Assembly (NCBI GenBank): GCA_902536305.1
Contig: CACAWX010000003.1
Span: 9,599-73,598 of the forward strand
Direction of reading: 5' to 3'
DNA length: 64,000 nucleotides
Source of the DNA: an uncultured Pelagibacteraceae bacterium
GTDB lineage: Bacteria; Pseudomonadota; Alphaproteobacteria; Pelagibacterales; Pelagibacteraceae
Below, piece by piece: positions 32,042-41,454 of this stretch. The notes beneath the pieces were generated by a model. That model searched no databases, was not told the origin of the DNA, and worked only from the letters and a program-made list of their open reading frames with translations. How positions within the stretch are numbered: position 1 is the first letter of the stretch; every line of letters starts with the position of its first letter. The translations under genes and the position numbers were made by a program.

Positions 32042-32694
32042 AAATTCTTCTTTAATTCTAATTTCAGAAAATCTTTGTGCTTTTTAATTTCCACTTCTGA
32101 AATTTTTACCACTGTTTTGTTATAATCTTTTGCTTTTTTAATATTAATTTCTGTAATACTATTCGCAAGATTAAATTTAGGTTCCTTTGCGTCTAAAAGG
32201 TTTATGTAGACTTCTCTTAATAATTCACAATCAAGCAAAGCATTATGTTTTTTTCTTCGGGATAAATCTATATTAAATCTTTTACAAAGAGCATCTAAAG
32301 AATTTGATGTTCCTGGAAATTTGTTTCTAGCTACTTCTAAAGAGTCTACTACTAATTTCTTATTAATTTGCTCTTTTTTAATTAATCCTAATTCTCCATC
32401 TAGAAAGCCTAAATCAAAAGAAGCATTATGAATTATAATTTTTTTGTCTTTGATAAAGTTTAAAAACTCATCCGCTACTTGATCGAATGTTTCTTTATTA
32501 CTTAAAAACTCTTGCGAAAAACCATGAATTTTAAATGCTTCTTCAGGTACACTTCTTTTGGGGTTTATTAATTTATGAAAAACTTTGCCAGTCGTAACTA
32601 AATCTTTAGTTTCAATGCAGGCTATTTCAACAACTTTATGTCCATCTCTAAAAGACAAACCTGTGGTTTCGGTGTCTAGGAAAACTTCATTCAT
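32035..32694 (-). CDS. dnaQ: DNA polymerase III epsilon subunit
   Basis: DTETTG, HNASFD, HNALLD. Confidence 0.97.
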   Translation of the reverse strand: MNEVFLDTETTGLSFRDGHKVVEIACIETKDLVTTGKVFHKLINPKRSVPEEAFKIHGFSQEFLSNKETFDQVADEFLNFIKDKKIIIHNASFDLGFLDGELGLIKKEQINKKLVVDSLEVARNKFPGTSNSLDALCKRFNIDLSRRKKHNALLDCELLREVYINLLDAKEPKFNLANSITEINIKKAKDYNKTVVKISEVEIKKHKDFLKLELKKNFY

Positions 32695-33253
32695 ATTTGC
32701 TAATTATAACTAATAAGTTCTTCTTTAAAATATTTAAATTTTTATCATTAACAACCACATGATCACAAAATTTAACTTTGTCTTGATCATTCATTTGTTT
32801 ATTATTAAGTAAATTAAATAACTTTTTGTCCCCACTTTTTGATAAAAATCTTTTAAGCCTTAATTGTTTTTTAGCTTTAATGAAAACAATTAAATTAAAA
32901 TGTTTCATTAACTTGCTCTCAATTAGCAAAGGTATCTCATAAAAAAGAAGCTTTTTGTTTTTGTTTTGTGAAGTGAAATCTTTCATTTTTCTTCTTACTA
33001 GAGGATGAATTATTCTCTCTAGTCTTTTAATACTATTTTTGTTTGTTAGGAAAAGTTTTTTTAAAGATTTTTTTAATTGATTATTATTTTTTATTTTAAA
33101 TCTTTTACTTACTAGTGACTTAAAATTTTTTTTTTTATAAAGCTCTTTTACTGCTTTATCTGCACTAAAAAGGGGACCTCGTCTAAGAGATAAAATTTTA
33201 CTTGCAGTAGTTTTGCCTGAAGCTAAAGACCCTGTTATTCCTATTTTAATCAT
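32687..33253 (-). CDS. coaE: Dephospho-CoA kinase
   Basis: GITGSLASGKT, LERIIHP, EIPLLIE. Confidence 0.94.
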   Translation of the reverse strand: MIKIGITGSLASGKTTASKILSLRRGPLFSADKAVKELYKKKNFKSLVSKRFKIKNNNQLKKSLKKLFLTNKNSIKRLERIIHPLVRRKMKDFTSQNKNKKLLFYEIPLLIESKLMKHFNLIVFIKAKKQLRLKRFLSKSGDKKLFNLLNNKQMNDQDKVKFCDHVVVNDKNLNILKKNLLVIISKYE

Positions 33254-34071
33254 TTAAGTTTCAAATTTAATAGCTCTACTAATTCATCATCAATTTCAGG
33301 ATTAATCTTGTTCCATAAATAAAAAGATTTCTGTCCTTGATAAATAAACATATCTAAACCATTAAATACTCTTCTGCCCTCTTCTTTTAAGTATTTAAAA
33401 GTGTTTGTCTCCAAAGGGTTATAAATAGTGTCAATATAAATAGCTTCGTCTTTCGTATTAGAAAAATTAAAATTGAAATCATCACCATTTTTTAAACCTA
33501 AACTTGTCGCATTGATAATTATATCAAAATTTTTAATTTCTGACTTTAGATCAGTCCAAGGAATTATAGTTAAAAAATTAAATTTCTTCTTTAGAAAAAT
33601 ACATTTTTCATTTGTTCTATTTGTAATAGAAATATTCTTTATACCTGACTTTTTTATAGATGAAATAACAGAAGGTGAAACACCGCCTGCACCTATAACT
33701 AGAGCTTTTTTATTAGAGCTATTATCAATTTCTTTTAAATAGGCAGCTTGCAATCCATAGACATCGGTATTTTCACCAATCACTGTTTTGTTGTTGTTTA
33801 GGAATACGGTATTCACCGATCCTGTAAGCTCTGCGTCATTAACCACTTTGTCGACATGATTAATAATTTTTTGTTTGAAAGGTAAAGTTACATTAATGCC
33901 TGAGAAGTAACCCTGTTTAACTTTATCTATTATTAGCGGCAGGTCTTTATCTGATGCCTCTATAATTGAATAGTTAGCATCAATGCTATATTTCTTAAAC
34001 CAGTATTCATGCAGCACCGGTGACAAAGAGTGTTTTATAGGATTTCCGATAATTCCAAATTTTTTTTTCAT
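33250..34071 (-). CDS. aroE: Shikimate dehydrogenase
   Basis: HSLSP, NVTLPFK, NTD, GAGG, NATSLG. Confidence 0.96.
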   Translation of the reverse strand: MKKKFGIIGNPIKHSLSPVLHEYWFKKYSIDANYSIIEASDKDLPLIIDKVKQGYFSGINVTLPFKQKIINHVDKVVNDAELTGSVNTVFLNNNKTVIGENTDVYGLQAAYLKEIDNSSNKKALVIGAGGVSPSVISSIKKSGIKNISITNRTNEKCIFLKKKFNFLTIIPWTDLKSEIKNFDIIINATSLGLKNGDDFNFNFSNTKDEAIYIDTIYNPLETNTFKYLKEEGRRVFNGLDMFIYQGQKSFYLWNKINPEIDDELVELLNLKLK

Positions 34072-34652
34072 TTTTTTAATTTTTTAATATAGTTAATGAT
34101 TTCTTTAATAGGTAGGCCCATAATTGAGTCTTTGTCTCCTTTTATATATTCAAATAATTCTAATCCGTCTGCCTCAATTTGATAAACTCCATAAGCAATC
34201 AATGTTTTTGTATCTATTTTATTTAAATAGGAAGAAAGTTCATCATCTTTCAAGTTCTTCATTTTAAGCTCTGAAGAATCAGTATAATTCCATATCATTG
34301 CTCCATTTTTTGCAATACAAACCGAGCTAATCAGATAGTGTTTTGAATTGTTAAGTTTTTTTAAGATGTCTAACGCTTCTTCTCTTGAGTTGGGTTTGTT
34401 AATTAACTCTTTATTTAGCGAAATAACACTATCAGCACCCAATACATAACGATCTGGGTTTCTGTGGCTTACTTTTATGGATTTTATTTCAGCAAGATTT
34501 TTTGATATTGAAAGGGGATCTGCCCCTTCGGCCAATAGCGATTCTTTTACCTCGTCTTCATCAATATTTGAAACTATAACTTCATTATCAATATTATATT
34601 TATCTAAAATTTGTTTTCTCACTCCACTTTTAGAGGCTAATATTATTTTCAT
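34068..34652 (-). CDS. maf: Maf-family nucleotide pyrophosphatase
   Basis: ILASKSGVR, IDE, GADS, KP, IMGLP. Confidence 0.94.
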   Translation of the reverse strand: MKIILASKSGVRKQILDKYNIDNEVIVSNIDEDEVKESLLAEGADPLSISKNLAEIKSIKVSHRNPDRYVLGADSVISLNKELINKPNSREEALDILKKLNNSKHYLISSVCIAKNGAMIWNYTDSSELKMKNLKDDELSSYLNKIDTKTLIAYGVYQIEADGLELFEYIKGDKDSIMGLPIKEIINYIKKLKK

Positions 34653-35467
34653 TTATTTTTCTTAATCTCGATAATTTTTAATATAGAGGCAGCAGTTTCT
34701 TCTACAGATCTTCTCGTAACATCGATAATTGGCCAATTATTCCTTTTAAATAAATTTTTTGAGTCCTCTACTTCTTTTTTTATAAAATTTAAATCAGTAT
34801 ACTCTTTAAGATTTTGATCTTTCATGATAGCTACTCTATTACGCCTGATATCAGACAACCTTTCTGGGTCAGCTATCAATCCTATAATGCAAGAAGTCTT
34901 ATTTGATTTAAGATCTTCCGGGATCTTTTGCTCTAAAACTAATGGTATGTTAACTGTTTTATAGCCTCTGTTGGCTAGATAAATTGAGGTAGGTGTTTTA
35001 CTTGTTCTGCTTACTCCTAATAGAATTACATCTGCCTCATTAGTGTCATCCGTTTTTTTACCATCATCATGAGACATTGTAAACTGAATAGCTTCTATTC
35101 TCTTATAATAATCATCATCTAAAACATGTTGTGCGCTTGGTTTGTGAATAGCTTTTTGATTAAGAAGTTTTGAAAAACTTAATATTAGGTTTCCTAAGAC
35201 ACCAAAACATGGTACTGAATTTCTTTCACTCTGATTTGCAAGATGCTTAGCTAGTTTTGTCTCTACAATTGTATATAATATTATTGAATTCTCAATATTA
35301 TTGCATTCTTTTATAATTTTATTAATTTGTTGTTCTGTTCGTACAAAAGCAAATTCCTTTTTTTCATATTCAAAATTCGCAAATTGTGATTTAAGTGATA
35401 AAAATATTCTATCTAAAGTTTCGCCTGTCGAGTCAGACACAAGGTATACATTGTATTTTTCGTTCAT
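34649..35467 (-). CDS. ppsR: Pyruvate/PEP dikinase regulatory protein (DUF299)
   Basis: VSDSTGET, HDDG, GVSRTSKTPTS, SVEETAA. Confidence 0.95.
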   Translation of the reverse strand: MNEKYNVYLVSDSTGETLDRIFLSLKSQFANFEYEKKEFAFVRTEQQINKIIKECNNIENSIILYTIVETKLAKHLANQSERNSVPCFGVLGNLILSFSKLLNQKAIHKPSAQHVLDDDYYKRIEAIQFTMSHDDGKKTDDTNEADVILLGVSRTSKTPTSIYLANRGYKTVNIPLVLEQKIPEDLKSNKTSCIIGLIADPERLSDIRRNRVAIMKDQNLKEYTDLNFIKKEVEDSKNLFKRNNWPIIDVTRRSVEETAASILKIIEIKKNK

Positions 35468-35737
35468 ATATTTGTTAATAAAGTTATAATAAACTATTGT
35501 TTTCCATAATTTTTAAAACTGAGATAAAATAATTAACATTAATTAACACTGTTTAAACAACTTATTGATTGTTAATAATAATGTTTTTTTGATGTTTATA
35601 AAATGAATAAAAACTAAAAATTAAGCAAAAGTAATCAAAGTTGTTAAATTGCGTATGTATAAAAACTGTAAAAATCGTTATATAACTAATTAACAGAGCT
35701 AATAACTATAACTACACTTATAAACTTAATTTAATCA
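35468..35737. other. Probable chromosomal replication origin (oriC)
   Basis: 270-bp very AT-rich gap between divergent DUF299 and hemE (the alphaproteobacterial oriC position); repeated TWATTAACA-type 9-mers; exact IHF consensus AATCAATAAGTTG on - strand at 35558-35570. Confidence 0.8.
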
Positions 35738-36742
35738 ATGAGTAGTCTTAAAGAAATTTTAAAAAATAAGAAAATTTGTAAATCAGTATGGTTTATGAGA
35801 CAAGCAGGTAGATATTTACCAGAATTCAGAAAAATAAGATCACAAAATCAAAATTTTATTGATCTTTGTTTAAATAGTGAGTTAAGCTCTGAAATATCCT
35901 TACAACCTATAAGAAGATATGACCTTGATTCTGCTATTATCTTTTCAGACATTTTAATGGTACCTTATGCTTTAAATCAAAAAGTAGAATTTGTAGAAGA
36001 TAAAGGCCCTGTTCTAGAGGAGTTTAATTATAAAAATTTTTTAAATAATGATAATATTTCTTTCACTCAAAAATTACATCCAGTTTATAAAGCAATTCAA
36101 AAAACAAGACAAAAACTAGATAAAGAAAAATCTTTAATAGGATTTATAGGCGCTCCTTGGACTTTATTAACTTATATGCTGGGAGCAAAGGAGAGAAAAA
36201 AAAAAGTTGATTATAAAAAGATAAAAACAAAAGAATTCGAAGTTAATTTAATCCTTGATAAACTTAATGACTATCTTTGTGCACATATTGAAAATCAAAT
36301 AGACGCGGGAGCTGATGTTATACAAATTTTTGATTCTTGGGCAGGATTAATATTGCCAGAAGATCTGCCTGAGTATTGTTATACCCCGAACTCAAAGATT
36401 GTAAATTTTTGTAAAGAAAAAAAAATACCTGTGGTGTGTTTCCCAAAAGGATTAAATAAAAATTATAAGGAATTTAATAAAATAGTAAAACCGGATGCAA
36501 TAAGTTTGGACTATGAAATTGATCCAGTCTGGGCTAAACAAAACTTAACTAATGTAGTTTTACAAGGTGGTTTAAATCCAAAACTATTGTTATCTTCTGA
36601 GAAAGAAGTATTGAATTGTGCAAAAAAGTATTTAGATACATTTAAAAATTTACCTTATATTTTTAATTTAGGACATGGTTTGCTTCCTGAAACAGACCCA
36701 GATAAGGTTAGTAGATTAATAAAATTTTATAGGGAATATTGA
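35738..36742 (+). CDS. hemE: Uroporphyrinogen decarboxylase
   Basis: WFMRQAGRYLPE, FSDIL, QIFDSW, FNLGHG. Confidence 0.98.
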   Translation: MSSLKEILKNKKICKSVWFMRQAGRYLPEFRKIRSQNQNFIDLCLNSELSSEISLQPIRRYDLDSAIIFSDILMVPYALNQKVEFVEDKGPVLEEFNYKNFLNNDNISFTQKLHPVYKAIQKTRQKLDKEKSLIGFIGAPWTLLTYMLGAKERKKKVDYKKIKTKEFEVNLILDKLNDYLCAHIENQIDAGADVIQIFDSWAGLILPEDLPEYCYTPNSKIVNFCKEKKIPVVCFPKGLNKNYKEFNKIVKPDAISLDYEIDPVWAKQNLTNVVLQGGLNPKLLLSSEKEVLNCAKKYLDTFKNLPYIFNLGHGLLPETDPDKVSRLIKFYREY

Positions 36743-36743
36743 A

Positions 36744-37736
36744 ATGCAAAATGATCATCCAGATGTTAAGTTTGGTAAAACCGGCGTTCTATTAATTAAC
36801 CTAGGCACTCCCGATTCTACAAATTGGTGGGACATTAGAAAATATTTAAAGGAATTTTTATCTGATAGACGGGTTATTGAAGTTAATCCGGTGTTATGGC
36901 AAATTATTTTAAATTTATTTATACTTACTTTTAGACCCTCTAAAACAGCACACGCTTATAAAAAAATATGGAGAAAGGAAACTAATGAGTCACCACTTTT
37001 ATATTTTACAAGAAACCAAGCTAAAAAATTAAATAGCAAAATTGGAGGTGAAAATACAGTTGTTGATTTTGCAATGAGGTATGGAAACCCGAGTATTAAA
37101 TCAAAACTAAATTCGCTTAAAGATTTAGGATGTGAGAATATAATCATTCTACCATTGTATCCTCAATATGCTGCAGCCACTACTGCAACTGTATGTGATG
37201 AAGTTTACAGATCTTTAATGAAAATGAGATGGCAGCCTAGTCTACAAGTGATCCCTCACTATGAAAGCGAACCTTTTTACATTAATGCCCTAACAAACAG
37301 TATCGAGAAGAAAATAAAGTCGATCAGCTGGAAGCCAGATCTAATTATCTCATCATACCACGGTATCCCTAAAAAATATTTTGATAAAGGAGATCCTTAT
37401 CACTGTTACTGTCACAAAACCACAAGGCTGATGCGGGAAAAATTTTCATCTGTCGATATTGAAACAACATTTCAATCCAGGTTTGGCCCTCAAGAATGGC
37501 TCACTCCTTATACAGATAAAACTCTAGAAAATTTACCTAAAAAAGGTGTAAAAAATTTATTAGTTATTTGTCCAGGCTTTGCCTCTGATTGTGTTGAGAC
37601 ACTTGAAGAAATTAATATTCAGGGCAGAGAAAGCTTTTTAGAACATGGTGGTGAAAACTTTGATCTTATTCCATGTCTTAATGATGACTCTGATCATGTA
37701 GAATTATTTGAAAAATTAGTAATGAAGTATATCTAA
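36744..37736 (+). CDS. hemH: Ferrochelatase
   Basis: NLGTP, MRYGNP, PLYPQY, SYHGIP, QSRFG, DCVETLEEI. Confidence 0.98.
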   Translation: MQNDHPDVKFGKTGVLLINLGTPDSTNWWDIRKYLKEFLSDRRVIEVNPVLWQIILNLFILTFRPSKTAHAYKKIWRKETNESPLLYFTRNQAKKLNSKIGGENTVVDFAMRYGNPSIKSKLNSLKDLGCENIIILPLYPQYAAATTATVCDEVYRSLMKMRWQPSLQVIPHYESEPFYINALTNSIEKKIKSISWKPDLIISSYHGIPKKYFDKGDPYHCYCHKTTRLMREKFSSVDIETTFQSRFGPQEWLTPYTDKTLENLPKKGVKNLLVICPGFASDCVETLEEINIQGRESFLEHGGENFDLIPCLNDDSDHVELFEKLVMKYI

Positions 37737-38168
37737 ATGAATTTATATCTATTATTCAAGTCTCTACATTTGGTAGCGGTTATATCTTGGATGGCTGGAT
37801 TATTATATTTGCCAAGAATATTTGTCTATCATTCTGAAGCATCGCATGAGTCTCAAAAAGATGTTTTTAAAACAATGGAAAGAAAACTTTACAATTACAT
37901 TATGATGCCAGCAATGTTGCTATCTTGGTTATTTGGAGTTTTATTAATACACAGTTTGGGGTTCGATGTTTTCGCTGAACTCTGGATGCAGATAAAAACT
38001 GTTTCAGTGGTGATTTTAACTTACTATCATTTTTTACTTGGAAAATATCTTAACGATTTTGTTATAGACTCTAACAAAAAGACATCTAAATTTTTTAGAA
38101 TTATGAACGAAGTGCCTACAATTATACTAATTGTTGTTGTATTTGTTGTAGTTTTTAAGCCTTTATAA
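37737..38168 (+). CDS. hemJ: Protoporphyrinogen oxidase HemJ
   Basis: WMAGLLYLPRIFVYH, MERKL, RIMNEVP. Confidence 0.96.
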   Translation: MNLYLLFKSLHLVAVISWMAGLLYLPRIFVYHSEASHESQKDVFKTMERKLYNYIMMPAMLLSWLFGVLLIHSLGFDVFAELWMQIKTVSVVILTYYHFLLGKYLNDFVIDSNKKTSKFFRIMNEVPTIILIVVVFVVVFKPL

Positions 38169-38234
38169 TAGGGCTTGAATTTTTCAAAAAAAGTCATATA
38201 TTTTTAATACTTTCCTATAAATCAATTCAATTAC

Positions 38235-39509
38235 ATGAACTTACAAGAATTAAAGCAAAAGAACCCTGCAGAACTTATTAGCGAAGCTGAGAAATTAGGT
38301 ATAGAAAATCCTAGTACACTAAGAAAACAGGAGATACTTTTTGCAATTTTAAAAAAATTAGCAGAAAAAAACGAGCAAATCACTGCAACAGGAGTTTTAG
38401 AAGTGCTTCAGGATGGTTTCGGTTTTCTTAGAGCAATCGAGTCGAATTATTTACCAGGACCAGACGATATTTACGTCAGCCCAAGTCAAATAAGAAGATT
38501 TGGCTTAAGAACAGGAGACTCAGTCGAGGGAGAAATTAGAGGCCCCAAAGATGCAGAAAGATATTTTGCACTTTTAAAAGTAAACAAAATTAATTTTGAC
38601 GAACCCGAAAAAGGGAAGAATAAAATTGCTTTTGATAACTTAACCCCGCTTTATCCAAATGAAAGAATTAAATTAGAAGTTGAAACAACTAAGATAGTAA
38701 AAAAACCAGACAATACTGCAAGATTAATTGACCTTGTAAGCCCGATAGGAAAAGGACAAAGATCACTTATTGTATCACCTCCAAGGGCTGGAAAAACAAT
38801 TATTCTTCAAAATATAGCTCAATCAATAACAGCAAATCACCCAGAGTGTTATTTGATGGTTTTATTAATTGATGAAAGACCCGAAGAAGTAACGGATATG
38901 CAAAGATCAGTGAAAGGTGAGGTTGTAGCTTCAACTTTTGACGAACCAGCTTCTAGGCATGTTGCAGTTGCTGAAATGGTTATTGAGAAAGCCAAACGTT
39001 TAGTTGAACATAAAAAAGATGTAGTTATCTTATTAGACTCTATCACGAGACTAGGAAGAGCTTACAATGCTGTAATCCCAAGCTCAGGAAAAGTTTTAAC
39101 GGGAGGTGTTGATGCTAATGCTCTTCAAAGGCCTAAAAGATTTTTCGGTGCTGCGCGAAATGTGGAAGAGGGAGGTTCTCTAACTATAATTTCAACAGCT
39201 CTTATTGATACGGGAAGTAGAATGGATGAAGTAATTTTTGAAGAATTCAAAGGAACTGGAAACTCAGAATTAATCTTAGATAGAAAAGTTGCTGATAAAA
39301 GAATTTATCCAGCGTTAGATATAACAAGATCTGGAACGAGAAGAGAGGAACTACTATTTGAAAAAGACGACCTTTCAAAAATGAATGTTCTTCGAAGAAT
39401 TATAAGCCCAATGGGAACGATGGATGGAATTGAGTTTTTAATTGCTAAACTGAAAAATACAAAAAATAATGCTGATTTTTTTGATTCAATGAATAAATCT
39501 ACAAATTAA
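38235..39509 (+). CDS. rho: Transcription termination factor Rho
   Basis: [36 protein letters not shown]. Confidence 0.99.
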   Translation: MNLQELKQKNPAELISEAEKLGIENPSTLRKQEILFAILKKLAEKNEQITATGVLEVLQDGFGFLRAIESNYLPGPDDIYVSPSQIRRFGLRTGDSVEGEIRGPKDAERYFALLKVNKINFDEPEKGKNKIAFDNLTPLYPNERIKLEVETTKIVKKPDNTARLIDLVSPIGKGQRSLIVSPPRAGKTIILQNIAQSITANHPECYLMVLLIDERPEEVTDMQRSVKGEVVASTFDEPASRHVAVAEMVIEKAKRLVEHKKDVVILLDSITRLGRAYNAVIPSSGKVLTGGVDANALQRPKRFFGAARNVEEGGSLTIISTALIDTGSRMDEVIFEEFKGTGNSELILDRKVADKRIYPALDITRSGTRREELLFEKDDLSKMNVLRRIISPMGTMDGIEFLIAKLKNTKNNADFFDSMNKSTN

Positions 39510-39511
39510 TC

Positions 39512-40129
39512 TTATTGTATTGTCTGATTACTTTCACTTGTCTCGTATAAATAAAAACTAATTATATTTTCAAGTGTTTTAATTTTATTTTCTAAAGAGA
39601 TAGCTTCAAGAAGTTTTTGCTTTTCCTCATTGGTAATTGGGGCAATCATAGCTAAGGTATTTATCTTTTGTGCATGGTCTAATTTTTCGAACTCTCTCCA
39701 ATTAAGTAACAAGCCGTGCCTTTTAAAAAAAGTTTTTGCTTTTTCCATCAATTCTTTAGCATCAATTTTATTATGTGTATTTTCAACATCTCCTATAAAA
39801 CTTTCATAATTTACTTGAAATTCTCTATATAACTTATCATTTGGAATTTCTTTTAAAATTTTAAATCTAGAAATACCTGTTAAATTAATTAATATTCTAC
39901 CATCCTTACTTTTTTGATAGTCGCTAATTTTACCTAAACAACCAATTTCATAAACACTGTTATTCTCCTTTTTAGACTGCACCATTCCCATTAGTTTATC
40001 TTTGTTGTAAGCATCATTTATTAAGTTTAAGTATCTCTGCTCAAAAATATTCAAAGGAAGATTTGTCTTAGGAAAGTAGATTACTCCACTTAGAGGAAAG
40101 ACAGGAATGATGTCAGGAAATTTTTTCAT
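39512..40129 (-). CDS. LON peptidase N-terminal (substrate-binding) domain protein
   Basis: IPVFPL, LPLNIFEQRY, DGRILINLTGISRF, EKQKLLEA; no ATPase or protease domain. Confidence 0.92.
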   Translation of the reverse strand: MKKFPDIIPVFPLSGVIYFPKTNLPLNIFEQRYLNLINDAYNKDKLMGMVQSKKENNSVYEIGCLGKISDYQKSKDGRILINLTGISRFKILKEIPNDKLYREFQVNYESFIGDVENTHNKIDAKELMEKAKTFFKRHGLLLNWREFEKLDHAQKINTLAMIAPITNEEKQKLLEAISLENKIKTLENIISFYLYETSESNQTIQ

Positions 40130-40181
40130 AAGACTAGTATATTAAAAAAATGATCTCACCGAAAGCGACATTTTATATTAG

Positions 40182-40211
40182 TTGACCAAATATAAGACAG
40201 TGTACTATAAT
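40182..40211 (+). promoter_or_regulatory. Sigma70-type promoter in front of the tRNA-Gly 5' half
   Basis: TTGACC(40182-40187)-N18-TATAAT(40206-40211), 9 nt before the tRNA fragment. Confidence 0.7.
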
Positions 40212-40220
40212 TAATTTATT

Positions 40221-40257
40221 GCGGGCATAGCTCAGTGGTAGAGCGTCTCGTTGCCAA
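40221..40257 (+). repeat. tRNA-Gly 5' half (37 bp), att-like direct repeat
   Basis: Identical to 41547-41583; starts at tRNA base 1 and stops at the end of the anticodon loop TTGCCAA. Confidence 0.95.
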
Positions 40258-40319
40258 TGCCACAGTCTTTGGTTTATTTCCTGCTAATCTTCTAGTCTTT
40301 TTTAATAAAAAGTTAATCT

Positions 40320-40343
40320 TGGCACACTCATGAATCAATTGAG
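40320..40343 (+). repeat. Inner 24-bp direct repeat, left copy
   Basis: TGGCACACTCATGAATCAATTGAG; 23/24 identical to 41455-41478; contains the cargo gene's last two codons and stop. Confidence 0.9.
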
Positions 40344-41420
40344 TTGATCTATATAATTTATAATCTTTTTAATATCGAGCTTAAACGCCTCTTTGTTCTT
40401 CCTTACTCTATATTTATCAAAATGTTTGTGAATTTTTTTCTCTAAATTTTCTGCATCCTTAAACTTTTTAGAATACTCGACCTTATAATCATATAGCACG
40501 CTTGTTGCGCTTAAATCTTCCGCTCTTTCCTCTGGTAACTTTGTTGTCCAACCTATTTTATAAACTCCATCTGGCAAGCTCTTACTCGACATTACATAGA
40601 TATGATTAAGATTTGTTGCCAATTCAATCGATCTTTTTCTTGATCTTAAAACCAATTCAATTTTTCTTTGAATTCTGTCATTTTCCTCTATTACTTTGTT
40701 CACGTACCATTTAACGTAGCTAAAGTTTGGCAAATAGGGTATTGTAAGTTCGTAGGCTTTTGTATCTAACGTAATTCTATTAAACTTTTCCATTAATTCA
40801 TAAGTTCTCTCAGTTCGAGCTCTTTCTTCAACTTGATAATAAACTTTTCTAGTCTTTTTCCAGTTGTAAGAATATTGTAAAACGTCTGCCCCATCACCAA
40901 GGTCTATTCCTTTTCGATTAGGATTATTTATTGGGCCATGTTTCCATTCTGTGTGTTTGAATATAGCCATATTCTCTGTCTTATTAGGAAGAAAATATTT
41001 CCCATAACCAGGACTTTTTTTAATATAAAAATTATGTAAATTAACAAATGCTTTGGCTGTCCTTTCATAAATATTTAAAAACTTTTTTTCATTTTCTTTG
41101 TTATCAAAATATAAATCTGTCATATTGAATTTTTCCTTAATAAAAAATAAGGTAGTGGACTCCTCAACATAATGTTTTCTAATTAAATGCTTCACGTAAA
41201 AGTCATTTGCTTTATTAAATAATCTTTCTAGTTCATCATGAAGCTTACTAAACTCCTTAAGAAAGTTTGGCCATTTTTCTACTATTTCTAATTGCTTTTT
41301 AGTATCGTCTTTTATTTTATCAATTTGCTCTATTAGCTTTTCATCATTTAGGGCTTCATAATTTAACGAAGGCCATTTTTTTGTGAAATCGTATTTTCTT
41401 GGTATTCTCTTTTTCATCAT
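40335..41420 (-). CDS. Protein with C-terminal T5orf172 (GIY-YIG superfamily) domain
   Basis: HIYVMSSKSLPDGVYKIGWTTKLPEERAEDL...LEKKIHKHF...RVRKNKEAF; N-terminal ~270 aa not recognised. Confidence 0.85.
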   Translation of the reverse strand: MMKKRIPRKYDFTKKWPSLNYEALNDEKLIEQIDKIKDDTKKQLEIVEKWPNFLKEFSKLHDELERLFNKANDFYVKHLIRKHYVEESTTLFFIKEKFNMTDLYFDNKENEKKFLNIYERTAKAFVNLHNFYIKKSPGYGKYFLPNKTENMAIFKHTEWKHGPINNPNRKGIDLGDGADVLQYSYNWKKTRKVYYQVEERARTERTYELMEKFNRITLDTKAYELTIPYLPNFSYVKWYVNKVIEENDRIQRKIELVLRSRKRSIELATNLNHIYVMSSKSLPDGVYKIGWTTKLPEERAEDLSATSVLYDYKVEYSKKFKDAENLEKKIHKHFDKYRVRKNKEAFKLDIKKIINYIDQLN

Positions 41421-41454
41421 TCAGATTTTATTATCAAAAACTTTAAAAAGCTAC

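Noticed and set aside
35533-35556. CtrA boxes in oriC
   Set aside because: TTAA half-sites are spaced N6 (or N2), not the N7 consensus.
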